From Parcubacteria group bacterium (GTDB taxonomy: Bacteria > Patescibacteriota > Minisyncoccia > Moranbacterales > UBA2206): a stretch of 64,000 nucleotides of DNA. Both the position numbers and the translations under genes were made by a program. Position 1 is the first letter of the stretch. Each line of letters starts with the position of its first letter. Shown here one piece after another: positions 9,946-19,640 of this stretch. The stretch spans positions 101,475 through 165,474 of the forward strand of contig JBAZYF010000001.1 in the NCBI GenBank assembly GCA_041659505.1, written 5' to 3'. The notes under the pieces are model-generated. The model was given only the letters and a program-made list of their open reading frames with translations, was not told where the DNA came from and searched no databases.

Positions 9946-11538
9946 TTATTCCACCGCCAGTCCGCTCGGTGCCCCAGGTGCTGTTGTATCAGCTCCTTGG
10001 TATTCATAAGCCCCAATGTCATAAGCGCCGACTGGACGTAGAAAGGGAGAAGCTAATCCGGCACTATTGATGGAGCTATTGAAAGGACTGCCGAGGGTTG
10101 CGCCGGTATTGATAGTTGGCCCTGCGGTGGTGGCAAAATAATTAGTGTTGGGTAGCATATTTGATCCGTAGGTACCAGTAAATCCGGTGGGGAGGGTACC
10201 GCCGGTGAATTGCGGGTCGGTGTTTTGGGCGGTGGGTTCCCAATCGCCGATATTAGCACTTGTATATGTACTATTTTGAGTCCAAGCTAATGCACCCGCT
10301 GAAGGTCTGTAATAAATATTATTGGTATGTTGGGATGTTGTTAGTTGTGCGCCATAATCATAAAAACAACGAGCTGCCAAATCGCAATAATAAATATTAT
10401 TTCGGAACTCTATGCCGGAAGCATTACTACCTCCTTCATAAATTCCAGCGCAACCAAACATACTCGTGCTACCAGGAGAGTAAATTGTATTGTTATACAT
10501 CTTAATTGATTTGTCATGATAATCTATGCCACTCAATGCAATAGAAGCATCAATAAGTATATTGCCATAGAATGCGCCAGAACCATAAAAGTGAGGGAAG
10601 TCAAAATAACCGCTCGTAGAAAAACCAGTCCCCTGCATAAGATTATGCCTTATAATAAAATTATCCGGGTACTCATCTGGTCCGGTATAGTCTGGGCCGT
10701 AATTCAAAACAGCTATAGCTGAACCGCTTACAGTATTGTACTCAATGGTTATATTGTCCGAATCATTACCGATATCAATAGGATGAGTACTGCCACCAGC
10801 CTGCCCAACATCATACACGGTATTTCCTCGAACAAGCGCCATATTAACTCTATTGCCAGCGACACCCCAATTTGGATAAACAGCAATACCTTCATGCCCC
10901 GCTTCATGAACTATATTATTAGTCACCGTCACGTTGCTAGTTGTATGACTTCCGCGCGCTCCCACAAGAATTGCATAGTAGTAGGATGGATTAGGACTGT
11001 CTGTCGTGATGCCATTAATAATCTCACAATAATCCACAGTGATATCGGTAATGTCCCCCGACGGAGTTGGGCTAGTCCCGCCAATATACACACCACCGAG
11101 AGATAGCTCATTGCTATCAACCAAAAACCCCCTAAAAGTGACATTGCTTGTGTAAATTTGCACCACGCCATAACCAGCGACTCGGGACGTGGCTTGTAAT
11201 TTCGCTCTTGTTCCAGATCCGTATGTCGCCCCGTCATAAATCACCCCCTCCGTACAATTAAGCACGGGGTCTGCTCCTGTCCACGTATCCTGCGATCGAA
11301 AATACACAGTATCGCCACTCGTAGCAGAGGAGCTAACTTTGTCAATCGTCTCCCAAGCATTAGCATCATCCAACCCGGAAAGAGAATCATTGCCTCCGTT
11401 TTTGACATAATAGGTGGCGGCGCTGGCTTTGGCACTCAAGCCAAAAAAACCACAAAATATAATTACCAAAAAAATAATTTTGAATTTAAACTTGCTTGCC
11501 CCGGATGAGCAAAGCAATTTTTCGGAGTGTTTTTGCAT
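9946..11538 (-). CDS. Secreted beta-helix protein, array copy 6
   Basis: Conserved termini. Start moved to ATG 11538 (MQKHSEK) to avoid overlap with the ATPase. Confidence 0.85.
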   Translation of the reverse strand: MQKHSEKLLCSSGASKFKFKIIFLVIIFCGFFGLSAKASAATYYVKNGGNDSLSGLDDANAWETIDKVSSSATSGDTVYFRSQDTWTGADPVLNCTEGVIYDGATYGSGTRAKLQATSRVAGYGVVQIYTSNVTFRGFLVDSNELSLGGVYIGGTSPTPSGDITDITVDYCEIINGITTDSPNPSYYYAILVGARGSHTTSNVTVTNNIVHEAGHEGIAVYPNWGVAGNRVNMALVRGNTVYDVGQAGGSTHPIDIGNDSDNITIEYNTVSGSAIAVLNYGPDYTGPDEYPDNFIIRHNLMQGTGFSTSGYFDFPHFYGSGAFYGNILIDASIALSGIDYHDKSIKMYNNTIYSPGSTSMFGCAGIYEGGSNASGIEFRNNIYYCDLAARCFYDYGAQLTTSQHTNNIYYRPSAGALAWTQNSTYTSANIGDWEPTAQNTDPQFTGGTLPTGFTGTYGSNMLPNTNYFATTAGPTINTGATLGSPFNSSINSAGLASPFLRPVGAYDIGAYEYQGADTTAPGAPSGLAVE

Positions 11539-11548
11539 TTTTTTATTC

Positions 11549-12730
11549 TTACCGAATCTCCCCGCCCCAGATATAGTCGAAGAAGTTCGGCACAATCTGC
11601 CGACCAATCAGCCGGTACTTTTTCAGCCCGGCAGTCCGAGCTAAATTTTCCAGTTTCTTTTTGTCAGTTTCAATTGGTGTTTCTTTTACTTCCAATCCAA
11701 CTTTTTCATCAAGTACAAAATCAATCTCCCGACCGTTTTTGAGAGAATAATATTGCAACTTGCCCTGCTGGCGCAATTGATTGAAAATAGCATTTTCAAA
11801 TTTTGAACCGCCATTCAGATCCGCTAGGATTCCCGCCAGGCCATTGTCGCAAAAATAAATCTTTTGAGCTTTCACAATTTCTCGATCGAAACTTTTTGTA
11901 TAAATCGGGACTCTCTGGATTAAATAAGTTTTTTCGAAAAGATCCAAATAGCTGACTACTGTTGGACGAGAGAGATTGGAAAGACGTGCTAACTTGGAAT
12001 AATCCAGTTTTGTTCCAACGCGACCGGCTAACATTTTTAACAAATTATAGATATTCTGTTCGTTCCTAAAATCAGCCAAAAATTTAATGTCGATGTTGAG
12101 ATATGAGCTAATGATATCTCTAAGCAAATCCTTCTTTTCTTCCTCTGTATCGGCCAAAACCACTTCGGGAAAACCGCCAAATTCAACATAATTTTCATAG
12201 TAACTTCTTACTCGTTCATGCTCAATCGGATTGGCCTTTTTTTCCTGCCATTTCTCAGCTTTAAGATAGAAAACCTTATGAAAAACCAAATATTCTCCAA
12301 AATCCAAGGGATAGATTTCGAATATTTTTTTGCGCCCAGCCAGTGATTCACTGAAAAGATTTTTCAGATAATAGGAACTCGATCCGGTTACGATAAACTT
12401 CACATCAAAAGTATCGTATAAATATTTCAGAATACTAGCGATCGCTGGAAACATTTGAATTTCGTCTATTGCCAAATACATACGATCAGACATTGACAAC
12501 CCCTTGCTGGCAAGTTCCTTGAGAATGTTGTCATAATTTTTTTGATTAAACAGCGCCCGATTATCCACTCGCTCCAAATCGAGATAGAGTTTATTTTTTG
12601 AAGGAATGTCTTCCAGCAATTGATTGAGCAGTGTGGTCTTTCCTGTTCGGCGCATACCGGTAATCACGGTTATTTGCCTTGATTTGAGATGTTTTTTCAG
12701 TTCGGGATAAATTTTGCGCTCTAAAAACAT
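11549..12730 (-). CDS. AAA+ ATPase (AAA_14 + DUF4143)
   Basis: Walker A GMRRTGKT, Walker B IDEIQ, TGSSS, ESLAGR, GGFP, KIYFCDNG and C-terminal EIDF...EVK. Confidence 0.9.
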   Translation of the reverse strand: MFLERKIYPELKKHLKSRQITVITGMRRTGKTTLLNQLLEDIPSKNKLYLDLERVDNRALFNQKNYDNILKELASKGLSMSDRMYLAIDEIQMFPAIASILKYLYDTFDVKFIVTGSSSYYLKNLFSESLAGRKKIFEIYPLDFGEYLVFHKVFYLKAEKWQEKKANPIEHERVRSYYENYVEFGGFPEVVLADTEEEKKDLLRDIISSYLNIDIKFLADFRNEQNIYNLLKMLAGRVGTKLDYSKLARLSNLSRPTVVSYLDLFEKTYLIQRVPIYTKSFDREIVKAQKIYFCDNGLAGILADLNGGSKFENAIFNQLRQQGKLQYYSLKNGREIDFVLDEKVGLEVKETPIETDKKKLENLARTAGLKKYRLIGRQIVPNFFDYIWGGEIR

Positions 12731-12827
12731 AGATTTTTACATTAATAATTACTAAACTATATATATAATATTACATTTAGTATCAATATTTGTCAACTGC
12801 TACTGTAGCATGGCTATTTTAAGCCTT

Positions 12828-14480
12828 TTATTCTACAGACAGTCCGCTAGGCGAAGCTGGCGGAGTTATCTCCGTGCCTTGATATTCATAGGCGCCGATA
12901 TCATATGTGCCAACTGGACGTAGAAAGGAAGTCTCCAGTCCGGCGCTGTTGATGGAACTGTTGTAGGGACTCCCAAGGGTGGCGCCAGTATCGAGAGCGT
13001 TGCCAGTTGTAATTTTAAAATAATCTGTATTAGGAAGCATATCGGTACCGTAGGTGCCGGTGAATCCGGTGGGGAGGGTGCCGCCAGTGAATGCGGGGTC
13101 GGTGGTTTGGGCGGTGGGTTCCCAAGTCAAAACGCCTGAACGGTTATAATTCACAGTGCTTGCAAATGTGGTAACGTGATTATCACTTGAACCGGATGAC
13201 CGAAAAATTAGATTGTTTGAATGTGTCAGGAAATTACCAGGGCAAGTAAAATCATCACTCCCACGACATTCTGCGATTCCTTCCCAGTTACTCGTGTAAA
13301 TCGCGTTATTTTTAAAATTAAACACAGGGATTGGAGTTCCTGCGATATCGCAGGAAGTATACTCGCAAGCCACAACTGGTTGCTTATACACGCACGGATT
13401 GTTAGTGCTGTAGATAGTATTATTATAATAACTGAATACTGATCCGCTATAATCACCATTAGGAATATCAATATCATGACATGCACCACTGCCACTCCAT
13501 CCAACACCAGTATCAAAGAATAAATTACCATAATATGCACCTGTCGAACCTTCCAGTCCCGCATCCCCGGTGCGATAAGACAACCCGAATCTATTATTAT
13601 AAATCATATTATAGCGCACAATTAGATTTGATACTGATTCGGAAGTGTCATAATTAGATGTTCCAACTATAATGCCCGTACCATTATCATGTATATTCGA
13701 GTACTCAATTGTAATATTATCTGATCTGTTCATGATATAAAAACCTTGGTCAAATCCAGAAGCATAAGTGATACCATCGCCACGACCAACATCGTATACT
13801 TCGCAATTTCTGACTGTTATTCTATTAATCCTACAGCCTGTCCTGTTCCAAGAATTATATAATGCAAACCCCTCATGACCCGTGCTGTACACCTTTGTAT
13901 CAGTAATTAATACATCGCTAACAACAACATCATTCGCGCTGATCCCTCCGACATAAAAACCATAAGCCCAATGGCCGGTAGGGACTAAGCTATTATGCAC
14001 ATCACAAGAATCAACAACTATATTACCAAAACTCACAGGAGCTCCCTGTCCGATGGCAAAAATGCATAATATCTGATCATTCCCATCTACATCAAATCCA
14101 CGAAAAACAACATTAGATACGTTTATTTTAACAACCGCCATATTATCAGCGGATGAGCTTGTTGCTCTCAGCGTGGCTTTTGCGCCAGAGCCATATTCAT
14201 TGCCAATATATGTTACCCCGGACACCGCAGTTAAAACAGTTGCTGCCCCTGTCCACGTATCCTGCGATCGAAAATACACAGTATCGCCACTCGTAGCAGA
14301 AGAGCTAACTTTAGCAATCGTCGCCCAAGCATTGGCATCATCCAATCCAGAAAAAGAATCATTACCTCCGTTTTTGACATAGTAGGTGGCAGCCTCAGAA
14401 TTCTTGACCATGCCAAAGAAGCTGCAAAATATAATTAAGTTAAAAAAGATTGCATTAAAAATTTTAAATTTAATTTTCAT
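12828..14480 (-). CDS. Secreted beta-helix protein, array copy 7
   Basis: Conserved termini; Cys-containing variable loops. Confidence 0.85.
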   Translation of the reverse strand: MKIKFKIFNAIFFNLIIFCSFFGMVKNSEAATYYVKNGGNDSFSGLDDANAWATIAKVSSSATSGDTVYFRSQDTWTGAATVLTAVSGVTYIGNEYGSGAKATLRATSSSADNMAVVKINVSNVVFRGFDVDGNDQILCIFAIGQGAPVSFGNIVVDSCDVHNSLVPTGHWAYGFYVGGISANDVVVSDVLITDTKVYSTGHEGFALYNSWNRTGCRINRITVRNCEVYDVGRGDGITYASGFDQGFYIMNRSDNITIEYSNIHDNGTGIIVGTSNYDTSESVSNLIVRYNMIYNNRFGLSYRTGDAGLEGSTGAYYGNLFFDTGVGWSGSGACHDIDIPNGDYSGSVFSYYNNTIYSTNNPCVYKQPVVACEYTSCDIAGTPIPVFNFKNNAIYTSNWEGIAECRGSDDFTCPGNFLTHSNNLIFRSSGSSDNHVTTFASTVNYNRSGVLTWEPTAQTTDPAFTGGTLPTGFTGTYGTDMLPNTDYFKITTGNALDTGATLGSPYNSSINSAGLETSFLRPVGTYDIGAYEYQGTEITPPASPSGLSVE

Positions 14481-14507
14481 TTCAAATTAAAAATTTTAAA
14501 TTTCAAA

Positions 14508-16424
14508 TTATTCCACTGCCAGTCCACCAGGCACACTGGGTGGAACCGTGTCCGCTCCTTGCAATTCATAGGCTCCAATATCATAGGCTCCGCCTTGGGG
14601 ACGCAAGAATGGCGAAGCCAGTCCGGCGCTGTTGATGGAGCTGTTAAATGGACTGCCGAGAGTCGCTCCAGTATCAATGGTTGGTCCTGTGGTGGTGGCG
14701 AAATAATTAGTGTTGGGTAGCAGATTGATGCCGTAGGTGCCGGTGAAACCGGTGGGAAGGGTGCCGACGGTGAACTCAGGGTCGGTGTTTTGGGCGGTTG
14801 GTTCCCAGGTAGCGACGGCTGAACGATTAAAATTAGTCATCGTCCCCTTTACTCCAGTCACAATATTAATATCCGTATAGGGTATTGAAGTTTTTGCAAC
14901 TCTCAGCTGATTTTCCGTCACCGCATCAACCATAAACACAATATTATTAAGTGCCGGCGTGGTAAAGCCAGACCATTTAAAAAAGTTATAATGTGTAAAA
15001 ATAGTTGTCCAGTCCGTACCGCCTGATTTGGTAAAATATGTATATGTTGCATCGTTAGAAACAGTTACTTCCGTCTCTGGAATAACCTCCGCGTAGCTCA
15101 TATTAGAAATGGCAGCCCCAGTCGATCCTGATGCTCTGTAAATAAGATTATTGGAGTGAGCTGTAATTTTAGTAAGATGATCATAAACTCCAATAGCATT
15201 ATTACTATAAATAATATTATTTTTAAAATTAACTATAGGGTAGTTCGCCATAGCGTTAGAGTATTGGAAAAAAGACACAATCCCATAACTTGTGGCTGAT
15301 ACGGTATTGTAAATAGTGTTGTTATAAATATCAAACGTACTTGCTTCGTATTCGCCATTACTAACTTCCAAATCGATGCCGGCATTATTGTAAAATATGT
15401 TGCTATAAATATTAGCATTAAGTGAGTGCACCAGGCCTATCTGCGTAGAAAAACCACTTCCCGTATTTTCATAAATCAGATTATTTCTAATTATCAAATT
15501 ATCTGGTGATCCGGCCGCAGCTTCCGGCGATGTCCGCTCCCAGATTCCCGTCATGCCATTATCACGGATACTATTAAATTCAACAGTGACATTATCTGCA
15601 TTGTTAGCGACAAGCACTCCTACTCCGCCATTGCCATATGTGCCGTTAGCATTGGTATAGGTCGGCCTAGTACCGCAATCATGAACATTATTTCCCCGCA
15701 CTGACACACCATCAACTCTCGGGTTCGTTCTTACCCATGCTGTGTAAATAGCAACACCTTCATGATAGGTATAGGCAACTTCATTATTGATTATATTAAA
15801 ATTAGTATGTGTGATATTATCATCGCCACCAGCAGCATAAAGTCCATATTGCCAGTTAGGTTGCCAAGTTTCATTAAGAATATTAGGATCAGTAATGCTG
15901 TGATTACCTCCGACAAGATTCGGATTGCCTGTGTGATGAATATAACAGTCCTTAACTGTAATATTGTCGATGGCCTTTCCGGCTCCATATCCAACATAAA
16001 GGCCACCACCGGTCCCCATTGAACTACCATCTACCTCAAATCCCTTGAAAACCACATCACTTTCATTGATAACGACTAAGCGATGCGTGTCCGCCTCAAG
16101 GCCAGTTATACCCTTTAATTCTGCCTTGACGCCAGCGGATGGCCACTCATTTCCAATATAAGAAACCCCTCTCTCGGCAGTCAAAAATGGGGCCGTTGAA
16201 AATTCCCAAATATCGCCGGAATTAAAATACACCATGTCCCCGCTAGTGACTGTCAATTGAACTTTGGCAATCGTCTCCCAAGCGCTGGCATCATCCAATC
16301 CAGAAAGACTATCATTGCCTCCGTTTTTGACGTAGTAAGTCGCAGCCTCTGAATTTCTTGCCATTCCAAAGATTCCGCAAAACAAAATTAGAAAGACGAA
16401 AATTTTTAATTTAGTTATTTTCAT
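14508..16424 (-). CDS. Secreted beta-helix protein with extra ~90-aa domain, array copy 8
   Basis: Conserved termini; insert FTKSGGTDWT...KWSGFT. Confidence 0.85.
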   Translation of the reverse strand: MKITKLKIFVFLILFCGIFGMARNSEAATYYVKNGGNDSLSGLDDASAWETIAKVQLTVTSGDMVYFNSGDIWEFSTAPFLTAERGVSYIGNEWPSAGVKAELKGITGLEADTHRLVVINESDVVFKGFEVDGSSMGTGGGLYVGYGAGKAIDNITVKDCYIHHTGNPNLVGGNHSITDPNILNETWQPNWQYGLYAAGGDDNITHTNFNIINNEVAYTYHEGVAIYTAWVRTNPRVDGVSVRGNNVHDCGTRPTYTNANGTYGNGGVGVLVANNADNVTVEFNSIRDNGMTGIWERTSPEAAAGSPDNLIIRNNLIYENTGSGFSTQIGLVHSLNANIYSNIFYNNAGIDLEVSNGEYEASTFDIYNNTIYNTVSATSYGIVSFFQYSNAMANYPIVNFKNNIIYSNNAIGVYDHLTKITAHSNNLIYRASGSTGAAISNMSYAEVIPETEVTVSNDATYTYFTKSGGTDWTTIFTHYNFFKWSGFTTPALNNIVFMVDAVTENQLRVAKTSIPYTDINIVTGVKGTMTNFNRSAVATWEPTAQNTDPEFTVGTLPTGFTGTYGINLLPNTNYFATTTGPTIDTGATLGSPFNSSINSAGLASPFLRPQGGAYDIGAYELQGADTVPPSVPGGLAVE

Positions 16425-16534
16425 TTTTAATACAACGCACCCTAAAAAAACTTCCTGGGAATATCCTTATTTTAGCATGAAACAGGTGAAAAATAAACCT
16501 AGACTATTCTACCCACAAAGAAAAAAATTAGTAT

Positions 16535-16660
16535 AATTTCAAAATCCTAATTTCCAGCGTCAAATTAATTTCAAATGCCAAATTTCAAATTAAACAGCTT
16601 CTTTTGTAATTTGAGCTTTAGATTTGGTTGGAAATTTAACATTTTGATTTTGAAATTAGC
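16535..16660. repeat. Inverted array of degenerate 7-mers (TTTCAAA-type)
   Basis: atttcaaaatcctaattt... mirrored by ...ttttgattttgaaatt. Confidence 0.55.
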
Positions 16661-16670
16661 CCTTAGCATT

Positions 16671-16712
16671 ACAAAAAAAGACGCCACTTGCAAGCGTCCC
16701 TTTTGTTTTTTA
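16671..16712 (-). terminator. Probable groEL terminator
   Basis: gacgc..gcgtc stem flanked by A and T tracts, downstream of groEL. Confidence 0.55.
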
Positions 16713-16738
16713 TTTCTTGCTTCCTGTTTCTTTTATTC

Positions 16739-18415
16739 CTACATCATCCCACCCATCCCTCCCATTCCCGGCATTCCCATTCCGCCGCCTGCTCCCGCTT
16801 CTTTTTTCTCCGGCTTATCAGCGACTGCCGCTTGAGTAGTAAGGAAAATTGCCGCGATACTCACGGCATTTTCCAGCGCTGCTCGCGTCACTTTCATCGG
16901 ATCGATAATCCCGCTTTTCAGCATATCCGGGACAAATTCACCTGTGCTGGCATCAAATCCGAAATTGACTGATTTATTCTTAGTAATTTCATAAACAACC
17001 ACGCCAGGATCTTTCTGTCCGCCGTTAGCCACGATTTGTTTGGCCGGTTCTTCTAAGGCGCGCAAAAGCAGTTTGTAGCCCACACCATATTCCAGATCCT
17101 TGAATTTATTTCCCGCCAGAGCGCTTTCGGCTTTTGCGGACAAGTTCGCCGCTACTCGCAAGAGCGCCACACCCCCGCCCGCCACAATCCCCTCGGCATA
17201 GGCCGCGCGGGTTGCCGCCAGGGCGTCTTCCATTTTGTGTTTCATATAGGTCAATTCTGTTTCGGTCGCCGCGCCAACTTTAATGACCGCCACACCGCCG
17301 GAAATCTTAGCGAGCCGTTTTTGCAATTTTTCTTTGTCCCATTTGCTGTCGCTGGCTGATAGTTGCTTTTTAATCTGCGCTTCGCGCGCATCAATATCTT
17401 TTTTCTTACCCTTGCCACCGACAATCGTCGTTACATCTTTCGTCGCGATAACCTTGGAAGCTTGCCCAAGCATCGAAAGTTCCACATTTTCCATTTTCAT
17501 TCCGGTTTCATCAGAAATCACTTTACCTCCAGTGATGATGGCAATGTCTTCCAGAATGGCTTTTTTATTATCCCCAAATTCCGGCGCTTTTACTGCGAGC
17601 ACATTCAAAGTCCCTCGCAACTTATTCACAACCAAAGTCGTCAGTGCCTCGCCATCGACGTCTTCCGCGATAATTACAATGTCTTTTTTTCCACCGGCTG
17701 TGATCTTTTCCAAGATCGGCAAAATTTCCGCAATAGTAGAAATCTTTTTGTCCGTGATAATGATATAGGCCTCTTTCATCTCCGCTTTCAGCGATTCATT
17801 GTTAGTGAGCATATATGGTGAGATGTAGCCCTTGTCAAAATTCATGCCTTCCACCAATTCTTTTTCCAAGCCAAATGTCTGTGATTCTTCCACCGTCACC
17901 ACGCCGTCTTTTCCGACCTGCGAAATCACCTCAGAAATCATTTTCCCCATCTCGACACTTTCCGCGGAAATCGTCGCTACTTGAGCAATTTCTTCCTTGG
18001 AAGTGACGGCCTTGGCTGTTTTTTTCAGCTCCGCCACGACATCATTTTTCGCGTCTTCAATCCCCCGCCGGATACTGATCGGATTCATCCCAGTCGCCAC
18101 CAGTTTTGAACCTTCCCGCACGATCGCTTGCGCAAGAACTGTCGCCGTGGTCGTACCGTCGCCGGCCGTGTCATTAGTTTTGTTCGCGACTTCCTTGATC
18201 AAATCAGCTCCGATGTTTTCAAACTTATCCTCCAGCTCGATTTCCTTGGCAATGGAAACTCCGTCATTGGTGATGACCGGCGACCCAAAACCTCTATCCA
18301 AAATCACATTCCGCCCTCTTGGTCCAATCGTGATTTTAATCGCGTCCGCCACTTTGTCAATCCCCGCCTTGATTTTTTTCCTTGCGTCTTCATCAAACTT
18401 GATAATTTTGCTCAT
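16739..18415 (-). CDS. groEL: Chaperonin GroEL
   Basis: GPRGRNV, TNDGVSIAKEI, GDGTTTATVLA and GGM tail. Confidence 0.99.
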   Translation of the reverse strand: MSKIIKFDEDARKKIKAGIDKVADAIKITIGPRGRNVILDRGFGSPVITNDGVSIAKEIELEDKFENIGADLIKEVANKTNDTAGDGTTTATVLAQAIVREGSKLVATGMNPISIRRGIEDAKNDVVAELKKTAKAVTSKEEIAQVATISAESVEMGKMISEVISQVGKDGVVTVEESQTFGLEKELVEGMNFDKGYISPYMLTNNESLKAEMKEAYIIITDKKISTIAEILPILEKITAGGKKDIVIIAEDVDGEALTTLVVNKLRGTLNVLAVKAPEFGDNKKAILEDIAIITGGKVISDETGMKMENVELSMLGQASKVIATKDVTTIVGGKGKKKDIDAREAQIKKQLSASDSKWDKEKLQKRLAKISGGVAVIKVGAATETELTYMKHKMEDALAATRAAYAEGIVAGGGVALLRVAANLSAKAESALAGNKFKDLEYGVGYKLLLRALEEPAKQIVANGGQKDPGVVVYEITKNKSVNFGFDASTGEFVPDMLKSGIIDPMKVTRAALENAVSIAAIFLTTQAAVADKPEKKEAGAGGGMGMPGMGGMGGMM

Positions 18416-18449
18416 AAATTTATTTAGAATATTAATGAATTAAGCTATT

Positions 18450-18476
18450 TTAGCAATCACAATACTAGAGTGCTAA
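18450..18476. promoter_or_regulatory. CIRCE element (HrcA operator)
   Basis: TTAGCAATC-N9-GAGTGCTAA, one mismatch to TTAGCACTC-N9-GAGTGCTAA. A minus-strand TTGACT-17-CAAAAT promoter lies just upstream. Confidence 0.92.
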
Positions 18477-18529
18477 CATAGTCTATTTTGACAAAATCTG
18501 AAAATTTAGTCAAGCAACCCCGCGCGCGC

Positions 18530-19522
18530 CTAATAATTTATCGTTGCTTCTGCTATTTTTTCTACCCTTGCCTTAAATTCCTCAAATACTCTCGGGCCTT
18601 GTTTTTCAAAATTAGGCCAAAAAGCCAGTTCTTCGTCTGCATAAATTATCACTCCGCCTATTTTTTTTGTTTTTGGATTAGCCTTTATTTTAGCTGTTTG
18701 AAATTCTCGCAGATTGTTTTCAATAATTCTTGGGGCAAAAATCTTTTCCAAATTTTCTCTTACTGTTTTTGAAAATTGACTGTCTCTTATTTCTTTCATG
18801 TTTGCCAACCTATCGCTGAAGTTTGGACGAATCTCCTCTATCCATTTGTTTTTTTCTAAAAATTCATGATAAAAATTAAGCCCAAAAATTGGTACCATAA
18901 ACACATATTCATGGGCGGAAAAAAGATCCTTTATTGATACAGAAAAATCCGTAGATAAAAAATGATTGAGACAAATCTTATTTTTTATCTTTTCTCCGTG
19001 CCTTCTTATGCCAAGAACAGAAAGAAAAGCTACTGTCAAAAATCTTCCTGTAAAAATATGACCTTTTTCCAAAATAATCATCAAGTCCAAATCACTCTTC
19101 TCCTCGGCATTTTTCATTGCCATACGACCTGTCACGGCAATCATTCGGATAAATGGCACAAAGCGCAAAAGCTTAATTACGCGCCGAACAATTTTGTATT
19201 TCTCTTCCGAAATCTTATTCCTCTCGATTCTTTGCGCCACCAAATCTTTTCGCCCAGGCAAAAAATAATACCCACGAAAAGTTTCGATTTGCTTTTTCAA
19301 CGCTTCACTTTCTAATTCATTAATGATATCTATAATTAATATTTTCTTTTTTTCTTGCTTGCTTGCCGTAGCATTTTTGTCCACCGCAGCTTTAGCGGAT
19401 GAGGAGGCATAGGCAGGATCACTGATCAAATATTTCCACAACTCAAAAACCGTCAAAGGATAATCCAAGACGTCATAGTAGCAAATAGTGGCGAGAATGT
19501 TTTGGGAAAGACTATCAGACAT
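18530..19522 (-). CDS. Pol-beta-fold nucleotidyltransferase-domain protein
   Basis: IAVTGRMA...SDLDLMII motif; carries an in-frame palindromic insert at 19358-19417. Confidence 0.65.
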   Translation of the reverse strand: MSDSLSQNILATICYYDVLDYPLTVFELWKYLISDPAYASSSAKAAVDKNATASKQEKKKILIIDIINELESEALKKQIETFRGYYFLPGRKDLVAQRIERNKISEEKYKIVRRVIKLLRFVPFIRMIAVTGRMAMKNAEEKSDLDLMIILEKGHIFTGRFLTVAFLSVLGIRRHGEKIKNKICLNHFLSTDFSVSIKDLFSAHEYVFMVPIFGLNFYHEFLEKNKWIEEIRPNFSDRLANMKEIRDSQFSKTVRENLEKIFAPRIIENNLREFQTAKIKANPKTKKIGGVIIYADEELAFWPNFEKQGPRVFEEFKARVEKIAEATINY

Positions 19523-19523
19523 T

Positions 19524-19637
19524 AATTTTCAATTTCTAATTTTCAATTTTCAAACAATTTTCAATGTTATAATTTTTGAATTTAGAAATTAATTCATTGG
19601 TCATTGTTTAGAAATTGGAAATTAGAAATTAGAAATT
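19524..19637. repeat. Inverted array of 7-mers (AATTTTC / GAAATTA)
   Basis: aattttcaatttctaattttcaattttc ... gaaattggaaattagaaattagaaatt. Confidence 0.7.
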
Positions 19638-19640
19638 TCC

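Noticed and set aside
1469-14677. Repeated Pro-rich ORFs (1469-1843, 4950-5246, 10053-10259, 14477-14677)
   Set aside because: Alternate-frame shadows of the conserved GC-rich C-terminal block.
1509-16424. Diversity-generating retroelement acting on the paralogue array
   Set aside because: No reverse transcriptase in the window. The repeats are conserved coding termini and lack adenine-specific TR/VR mismatch patterns.
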